Of a DNA stretch of 20,000 nt, positions 12,264 through 20,000 are shown one piece after another. This DNA is from Chiloscyllium plagiosum (taxonomy: Eukaryota), in assembly GCF_004010195.1 (NCBI RefSeq), contig NC_057750.1, forward strand, positions 2,908,867 through 2,928,866, given 5' to 3'. Position numbers and translations under genes: made by a program. The number at the start of each line of letters is the position of its first letter. Position 1 is the stretch's first letter. The notes beneath the pieces were generated by a model that saw only the letters and a list, made by a program, of their open reading frames with translations, made no database searches and had not been told where the DNA came from.

Positions 12264-12879
12264 TTAACTTTCATGGGACTCTCCCCAACTACAGCCTTAG
12301 TTATGTCACCACCTTAATTATCAACATTAACAAGCATCATGGAACTCAACATATTGGTATCAATATAGAAGCAATGTTCCCTGTAGTCACATTCAAAAGC
12401 AACTTAGAAAGTTCTGAACTGCATGACACAAAAACACATTCCCTATGTGACCCACTCAATTCACAACACAAAACTACCTCCACCAATGAACTGTAATCGT
12501 CAGTTAGCGCTGGAGAGTTAATGTTGTACAGAGCTGTCTACCACCACTCTAAGCTTTAATGTAAGGCATTAGACATATTCCTGCATGATTAATCACTAAA
12601 CAAACACAGACTGTCACTGTGCAATGTCAGATGCTCCAAGTTTCTCAAGTTAAATTGTCGCTCCTGGTTCTCCCTCATCACTGTTGTCAGACCAGGAGCC
12701 CCCAGTATCTCACCTCAAAATTCATTAATAGATTTCAAGCCAGAGGGTGAAAAGTGAGACTAGATGCAAATCTGTTCCTTTACTGAGGCATTAGATATGT
12801 CTGCTTCCTACTTACCAAGCCAGCAGACCCTCTGTACAAGTCCCAAGACATTTTCTAATCACCTCGTCCACCCCCCGAA

Positions 12880-13057
12880 ACAGAAATGTTCTAAACCCAG
12901 ACTTCTGGAGCCAGATACTTATCACTGCACCACAAGAGCCCTCTCCGTACTTTTAATCAGCCTGCTCAGATTATGTTATGATACTTCTCTGGGGCAGATG
13001 GGACTTAAATTTGAGCCTCCTGGCTCAAAAGTAGAGGCCCTATCACCATAAGAGCCT
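12880..13057 (-). mobile_element. Two tandem decayed SINE heads (family of 5636-5712)
   Basis: Both read ggctctt(g/a)tggtg... on the minus strand, starting at about 12941 and 13057. The second has ccaggaggctcaaatttaagtcccatctgccccagag, matching 5675-5711. Confidence 0.5.
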
Positions 13058-14819
13058 GTAAAAGTAATCAAACAATGTCCTTCACACATGGATCTTAATA
13101 TAATTAAGATTAGGAAAAACGACCACTTGAAAAGGGAAAATTCTATATAGTGTGCTTGAGACTAAAGTGGAGATTATAGATTTTAGCACATATTTGAGTG
13201 ACAGCTCTATGTTCTCTATATTGCCATATAACCCTGATCATCAATGGTAAACTACATAGCTGTGATAGAAATGGCCTGGGTACGCACATCGCATTCCGAC
13301 ATCAATGCCATGTGGCAGGAAGTTCATGCGGAAACATAGATACATGCCAGCCCTGCTCCATTGTGTCTAATCCCACATCCGACACCATCTTAGTTTGAGA
13401 TTCCTGGTACATCACAGGACCAAGAAGGGAGCCAGACTGCTCCAATGGTGCCTCTAGACTATTGTAGAGTCTTATAGCACAGAAAATGGCCATTCAGCCC
13501 CACTGCCCTGTTCTGGCTTTCTGAGAGCCTTCCATCTTGTAAGCTGTCCAATAGGACGTGGTCAAATAGGGACAGAATGGAGGGGGCAGAATCACCAGGA
13601 AATTGTCACACGCCTAGTCTTGGCTGGTTCGGAGATAACCTTTCACCTCCACAACTAAGGTGTAGAACTGAGAAGTCATCAGAAAGTAATTAGAGCGTAA
13701 CCTAGCTTTAAAGTGATATCAAAACATACTTACTCCTGTAGAGATCCTACTCTTGACCTTATTCTGACACACAAGGTTTTTGTTAAATACAATGCAAAGA
13801 CCATACACCTCAGAAAGGTCCAGCTGTAACAAGATAAACCATTGTTCCTAAAACATTGGGCCATTCAGCTCACTGCCTTCACCACATCCCCTGGCCCACA
13901 TCAACCTGCAATTCAACAAGGCTCATCTTCTACTGTTAGCTGATCTTAATTTCATTCAAATTACCCAAATCCCCAAAACCTATCAGATTGTCTGCAACAT
14001 ATTCATCACTGTGCATCCTCAGCCCTCTGGGCTATAGAAGTTACCAGACTCTCAACGTGTTTATCATCTCAGTTCTTAATAGCCAACACTGTACACTAGG
14101 ACCACTAACCCTGCTCCAATTCTAGAATCACCAGTGTCTCAAACTTACAAGTCACTTCTTATTTTACTTAATTTCTCCTCACAGGACAGTGCACTGTCCT
14201 GGGAGAGAGATAAACATGTGCCAGAGATTGCAGCAAAAAAAAAGTGTGCCAAAGTGAATGAGAGCGAACGAGAGAGAGAATGCGCGAGCCAGAAAGGGGA
14301 GGTTGGGGTGTGGGAAGCAGGAGGGACAGCATGCCATAAAGGAGAGAGCAAGCGCAAGCCAGAAAAGGAAGGAAGCAGTTACTGCAGCTGACTAACTTAT
14401 CGCAAATTACTCTATTAACCACTTGAATATCTGTATCCTAAATGTCATTTAGGGCTCTCAATTCTCACAGCTCACATTGATCTGCATTCACCAAACTGAT
14501 GATTTGCCAAAGCTTGCCGCAGAGAAATCTCGTAATGGTTCGTATCTGGTAACACTTTTTTACTGAAATATTAACCATCAGTTTAAATCTTCAACTTACA
14601 TTAAATGCTCTGATGTCACAGCAGCATGTGTCATAAAGCAGTTAACTGCCTGAAACTTTTAACAGTCCAAACACAACAGTTACTCCCCACAAAAAACATC
14701 AACCCTCCCAGCTCAAGCCACTTACTTGGGGCGATGAGATTGATAACACTCAAAGCCCTGACTTAAATCATGCCACTGCACTGCAAATATACTGCTTATG
14801 TATTCTTCAATAGTTTTCT

Positions 14820-15075
14820 AAAACTCTTGACTTCCACCTTTTCGAAGACAAGGGCAACTGGAACATGGGAACACAGTTCCAAGCCAACTTGGAAGAGATT
14901 ATCATCTCTCTCCTTCACTATTTCTAGGTCAAAACCCTGGAACTTCATCACCTTCCCCAGCCCCAGTAGCAGAGTGGTCCAACAACACTAACTCCAGCAC
15001 TTCAAGGCAGCAACTCACCATCTCCTGAGTAATTCAGGATGGGTAGTAAGTGTTAGCCTGGTCAGTGACATACAT
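14820..15075 (+). mobile_element. Old L2/CR1-group LINE 3' end
   Basis: gggcaactggaacatgggaacac...tccttcactatttctaggtcaaaaccctggaac...ttcaaggcagcaactcacc...ggatgggtagtaagtgttagcctggtcagtgac. The tail is shared with 7285-7388 and with the SINE at 8987-9314. Confidence 0.6.
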
Positions 15076-15089
15076 GGTAACAATTAAAC

Positions 15090-15452
15090 TTTTGAGTATA
15101 AGAGCTGGGACATCATGCTGAGGTTGTACAGAACATTGGTGAGGCGTCTTCTAGAATACTGTGTCCAGTTCTGGTTGCCCAGTTATAGGAAGGATATTAT
15201 GAAGCTGGAAAGGGTTCAGATAAATTTACCAGGGTGTTACCAAGGTTTGAATTATAAAAGAAAGACTGGGACCTTTTCTCACCGAAGTGTGGGAGGTTGA
15301 GAGGTGATTGTACAGAGGTTTATAAAATCATGACGGATATAGATAGGGTTAATGGTAGGTGTCTTTTCACTAGGATGGGAGATTTCAAGATTGGGGGCAT
15401 ATTTTTAAGGTGAGAGGTGAGAGATTTAAGACCAACATCAGGGGCCAATTTT
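15090..15452 (+). mobile_element. CR1-clade LINE ORF2 C-terminal fragment
   Basis: MLRLYRTLVRRLLEYCVQFWLPSYRKDIMKLERVQ; closely resembles 1545-1900. Confidence 0.9.
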
Positions 15453-16129
15453 CCATGCTGTATGACTCTCTGGCGGAAGGGAATGGATCGGAGGGCGAGA
15501 ATGCTCCCGAGATGCTTCTTAAGGCCAGATTCAGCATGACATCGACAGGTACTGAAGGGTCAGCAGAGGAAAACATAAAGAGGGTGCCTGCCTGCATGAT
15601 TTAAACAAATCTTCACCCCACGCATTCTGGAATGTTCACAGGCAGGCTACAATGGTCCAAATGTAAACCCCACACTTTAAGATAAATGTGAGAGTCTAAT
15701 TATGGTTCAACAGTTGCATTCGTAGAGAAAACAATTCATTTCTCGGTTATAAAAAGCTCTGCAATTAGGTAATCACCAAGTGAGCAAGATGCACTTATTC
15801 CAAGAGTTTCCACAGCAGTTTATCTTTTGGGATAGGAGCACCAGCGTGGATGCTCGGCTGAATACTAAAAGGTGCACACTGATTGACTGGACTTGTGTTA
15901 CTGATCACAGTTCATCATTAAAACCAGATGCCTTGTATCACACAGAGACTGGATACAGTTGAGAAAAGTAAACACCAAAATAATTGTCAAATTCCCAAAG
16001 ACAGTGCCTATGCTATTACATGGCATTTTCTGGAAATCACAGCAGATTCAAATCCACAAGTGAGGAGTTACATTCAGTTTTATAAACTGCACACCTGCCC
16101 TGGGGGCCTCACCTTACTACTGTACTCAA

Positions 16130-16760
16130 AGGAGGAACTGGAGACAGCCATTTGGCCTCTCAACTGGTTTAATCAAATCATGTCTGATCTGTATCTTAAC
16201 TACATCAAACTTCCCTGGGTTCCATTCGAGTGAGAAAATGCTGACTCAGCACAAACTCCATCAATCACTGACTTTTGAAGTTTTCAACTAGCTTCTGGCC
16301 TTAGCAGTTTAGGGGAAGGATCGCCTCAATCCTTTGTGAAGTGCTGCTTCCTGCCATTAGCCCCATCTCAAAATGTTAAGGTTATGCTCCATCTTCTGCA
16401 TTCGATCAACAGAGAAAATAGTTTCTCTCCATCTACCCTGTCAAATCTTTAATCAGTTTAAACAATTAGATGATCCCTTAATCTTCTCTACTTCAGGGAA
16501 CTCAAATTCATTTACATGCAACCTCTCCTTGAACCTGAACCCTTTTGTCGGTCTTGAAATCAAAATAATGCATCCGTGCCACATTCCCTTGAAAGGAATG
16601 GCATCCAATCAGAGCAGGGTGATTTAAATGAGTCCTAAACAGAGCTTTACACAATTGTCACAGAAATTCCAACCATTTGCACATTACAACCCCTTTCAGC
16701 CAAAGGCCAACATTGCATTAACCATTTCAATGATTGCTTTTGCACCTGTGATCCTGGGCC
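16130..16760 (-). mobile_element. Highly decayed CR1/L2-like LINE 3' region
   Basis: Patchy similarity to CR1-type 3' ends (gacagccatttggcctctc; ctctccatctaccctgtcaaatc; ggccaacattgcattaacc). Boundaries are approximate. Confidence 0.4.
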
Positions 16761-16883
16761 AGGTTACACAGTCTATGGTTTCTCCCCATTTGGTACAATA
16801 AGTGTGTACATTTCTGCCTACTCACTTTAACTAATTGCTCACAAGAACTTTAGCATAGAGTGTGGAGTATGTGGTTTACAGAC

Positions 16884-17651
16884 CTGACTGCTGCTCCCTC
16901 TGCCTGCTCCTGTCTCAGCCATTGGGTACGTGTTGAAAGGCCTCCCGGTCTGGTGCGCAGTCTTCACCGCTCCATCTCCACCAGGAGCATGTGGAGGACG
17001 GATGTTTGGGCCAGAAAGGGGTCGCTTGTCCCTTGGAGACTGTGGGCTGGTCTGGCCTGTGTGTGTGGATTTTGGCCTCTTGTCAGAGCTTTCCTGTTTC
17101 TCTCGCCTCGATGCCCTTTCCTGAGAGTTCGTGGGCTCGCTGAAACCAACATGGTTTCCTTCCCGATCACCTGGCTGGTCTCTCCTGCCATCTGTCTTGT
17201 CGTGAGGTTTGCTCTTGTTGTCAGGGTGCCTGTGGTGGTCAGGCCGGGCCTCCCTGCTGTTATGATGATTGGGCCTGCTCCCCCCAGTCCTGCTTGGCTC
17301 CTGTCCCCTGGGCTGCTGTGGGTGTGCCCGGCTGTCTGCCCGCTCAGCATTCCAGTTCTTTTGCCTGTCGTCCCTGCCTTGGTCACGCTCATCCCGGGAT
17401 CCTTGCTTGACCCTCTCACCTCTCCCCTTGTGGTCATGGCGTCTGTCCAGTTCAGTGGGGTAGGTGCTCTTGGGAGGGGTCTCGTGCATGCCATTCTTTT
17501 GCATTCCATCTTGCATGGGCTCTTGACGGAGTAAAGAAGGTGGGCTTCCTCGTCGCAGGGAGTTGGAACGGGTTACAGAAACATTCTCAAATTCATCCAG
17601 AAGCCAATTCAGAGAGCCATCGATTCCGATTTTACTTCCTCGGACAATGGC
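16884..17651 (-). CDS. PAK4: PAK4 internal coding exon (768 bp, phase 0-0): post-CRIB regulatory/disordered linker, AIVRGSK...GRGSSSQ
   Basis: Acceptor tctttcctctgtgtttcag|GCC and donor CAG|gtctgt. The translation has PAK4 motifs IVRGSK..DG.L..LLDEFEN.SVTRSNSLRR.SPP, KRPKS, RDKRPLSGP and GRPFNTYP. The 3' boundary is slightly less certain because the donor is weak. Confidence 0.92.
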
Positions 17652-17737
17652 CTGAAACACAGAGGAAAGAATGATTAGATGTTTAATCAGAGAGACCCGT
17701 GAGAAATATTCAGTGAGGAACTACTTACTGAGGTAAG

Positions 17738-17980
17738 AATCAGAGTCACAGAATCATACAGCATAGAAACAGATTCTTTGGTTCAACCAGTCCATGCCGA
17801 CCATGTTCCTAAACTGGAAAAAAAATGAAAGAACTGCAGATGCTGTAAATTAGAAACAAAAGCAGAAGTTGCTAGAAAAGCTCAGCAGGTCTGGCAGCAT
17901 CTGTGAAGAGAAATCAGGCCTGGCCAGAACTGCACATAGTACTCCAGAAGAGACCTCATCAACACCCTGTACAACATGAC
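17738..17980 (-). mobile_element. CR1 3' fragments (about 17738-17812 and 17918-17980) flanking a PLE terminal fragment (about 17816-17915)
   Basis: 17745-17805 matches the CR1 tail at 11185-11245. 17820-17915 is the reverse complement of the 830-925 and 8050-8120 family. 17920-17980 is the reverse complement of the LY..L.R.LLEYYVQFW region. Confidence 0.75.
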
Positions 17981-18004
17981 TTAATGAAATTGGAAATGTC
18001 CACA

Positions 18005-18370
18005 ACTCAGAGGATGAGATTCCTGCCTCAGGATCAGATGGTCATGGGTTTAAGACTGACTCCATAGATGTGAGTAGGTAATCTGATGATGCAGTGCTGT
18101 GCCAGGGAAATAAAAGCAAAATACAATGGAGAACAGGTGTCATATCGGACCCAAAACATTAACCTTGTTCCCTTCTCCATAGGTGTTGCCAAACTGGAGC
18201 ATCTCCAGTACTTTCTGCTTTTAGATATTGAGGAAGTGTTGCATTGTTGGAAGTGTTACATTCAAGAGGAAATTGGATAAGGTGCCAAACTGAGAAACTA
18301 TTGGCCTTTTCAGATGGAAGCATTTGAAGAGCAGAACAATATCCTAATGTATGGGCCAATATTCCTCCTT
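18005..18370 (+). mobile_element. Ancient SINE, possibly Deu-domain type, with a decayed PLE fragment inserted at about 18145-18228
   Basis: tRNA-like head remnant (tgcctcaggatcagatggtcatgggtttaagac). The segment cagatgg...atttgaagagcag...tcc...gggccaatatt resembles the Deu domain as I recall it. Positions 18145-18228 resemble 815-890. Confidence 0.35.
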
Positions 18371-18864
18371 AACTTTCTCGTGACTGTGGGAATAACATTG
18401 TTCCAGAAGCACCAGCAACTATGCTTCCATGCTGTACGACTCTATGACTATAACTGTGTGAACATATTGATTAGCACTTTTGGATGGGAACTAGAGTTTC
18501 AAATTGCCCCTGAACAGCTTCCATGCAGTCTGAGCACGTAACCCTTAAAAAAGTGGAACAGATACAAGAAAATTGAACTCTAACTTTGGAACGCTGCAAC
18601 AAGCCATTGAGCTGTTGCACCAAAGATGTTAATAATAAATGAGCTAGCATTATCTCATGCTGTTGTAAACAGTGCTCCTTAAGCTGAGCCATTTAAAACC
18701 TGCAGTTCACATATAGAACCCCATTGACGCCCAAATGCATTTAAAATAACTGCCAGCAGAATTTGGATTAAAACATTTAACAGGATTAAAGAATGCAATA
18801 TGGAGACAGGGTGTATGGTGAATGGATCCCACCCAGTGTTGTTCTTGCTGAATCTCAGATTACT

Positions 18865-19325
18865 ATCAGAGCACTCTGTCTGGATGCATCACAGCACGGT
18901 TTGGCAACTGCTCTTCCCAAAATTACAAGAAACTACAGAGTCATGAACACAACCCAGTCCATCACACAAACCAGCCATACTTCCCACTGCCTCAGGAAAG
19001 CAACCAACATCAAAGACCCCTCCCACCCTCGTTATACTCTGTGCCATCCTCTTCCATCAGGCAGAAGACATAAACGTTTACATAACCAAATGAATAGATT
19101 TAAGAACAGCTTCCTCCCCACTGTTATTTGACTTCGGAATGGACCTTTCAAATTTTAAATTTAATGTTGACTTTGCTTTCTTTGCACCTTCTCTGCAGCT
19201 GTAACATTGTATTCCTCACTCTGTTCCATTACCCTATGCACTTTGTATGGTGTGATCTGCCTGTACTGCACACAAAACAGAACTTTTCACTGTGCCCAGG
19301 TACGTGACAATAATAAAGCAAATCA
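18865..19325 (+). mobile_element. Rex1/Babar-like LINE 3' fragment
   Basis: CLRKATNIKDPSHPRYTLCHPLPSGRRHKRL...NRFKNSFLPTVI matches the DPSHP...LPSGRR..R.KNSF.P C-terminus. The 3' UTR ends in gtgacaataataaa. Confidence 0.8.
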
Positions 19326-19715
19326 TTGATTTTTATGAACTCAATACAGGCTGTTTTTTTTTTATTATTTGTGCTTTAAAACGTTGGAGAGCAAAGGGAA
19401 ACCTAAGACCAGTTGTGTTGCAGGTAGGGCCATAGGGGACAATGCCCTGTTGCTTGTCAAGAGGAGGAGGAAAATGGAAGAGCCTATAGTGAAGAAGAGG
19501 AGGAAGACACTGCAGTAAATAGGGGACAGCAGAAGAGGGAAATAAAATGTTATATACTCATTTACAATCTGTTCATTTCATGTTAATCTTCAGTGATGCA
19601 TCGTTCTGTCATTCACATATCCACTTTCAGATTGTAGCATAGGACTGCCTTGCAACATGCCTCTGAGGTATGTTCATCCACCAAGACATCAGGTGAATAA
19701 CATTGGACTTACTGA

Positions 19716-20000
19716 ATAGAACATAGAAAAATACAGCGCAGTACAGGCCCTTCGGCCCTCGATGTTGCGCCGATCCAAGCCCACCTAACCTACACTAGCC
19801 CACTATCCTCCATATGCCTATCCAATGCCCGTTTAAATGCCCATAAAGAGGGAGAGTCCACCACTGCTAGTGGCAGGGCATTCCATGAACTCACGACTCG
19901 CTGAGTAAAGAACCTACCCCTAACATCTGTCCGAAACCTACCTCCCCTTAATTTAAAGCTATGCCCCCTCATAATAGCTGACTCCATACGTGGAAAAAAG
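19716..20000 (-). mobile_element. Young CR1-clade LINE 3' end (runs off the window)
   Basis: RGHSFKLRGGRFRTDVRGRFFTQRVVSSWNALP..VV..SL.AFKRALD is uninterrupted and CpG-rich, with the tail ttttctatgttctattc. Confidence 0.9.

Noticed and set aside
12660..12700. 9-bp inverted repeat GCTCCTGGT/ACCAGGAGC
   Set aside because: Expected by chance when loop length is free in 20 kb.
15410..15604. Small ORFs on both strands next to a CR1 fragment
   Set aside because: No recognisable homology or convincing splice signals; the first part is CR1-derived.
16860..17534. 224-aa plus-strand ORF and other overlapping ORFs
   Set aside because: These are antisense or alternative-frame shadows of a GC-rich PAK4 exon, with no recognisable motifs.

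Overview
This is vertebrate genomic DNA, not prokaryotic. The repeat content suggests a cartilaginous fish (shark). It holds five internal coding exons of a group II p21-activated kinase, PAK4, on the minus strand: 17651-16884, 12194-11745, 6541-6408, 5491-5365 and 672-547. All junctions are GT-AG and phase-compatible. They splice into an open 535-codon frame running from the post-CRIB linker through the activation loop (..[14 protein letters not shown]); the first and last coding exons lie outside the window. The introns are dense with decayed non-LTR retroelements: CR1/L2 LINEs, a Rex1/Babar-like LINE, Penelope-like elements (PLEs) and tRNA-derived SINEs. Most ORF-track entries are spurious or retroelement debris. 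The most notable observations are: (i) several minimal hammerhead-ribozyme motifs in PLE remnants, with intact cores only antisense to the PAK4 pre-mRNA; (ii) an inverted PLE insertion bounded by an 11-bp target-site duplication; (iii) an inverted CR1 pair sharing private deletions. I found no evidence of a new multi-gene system.
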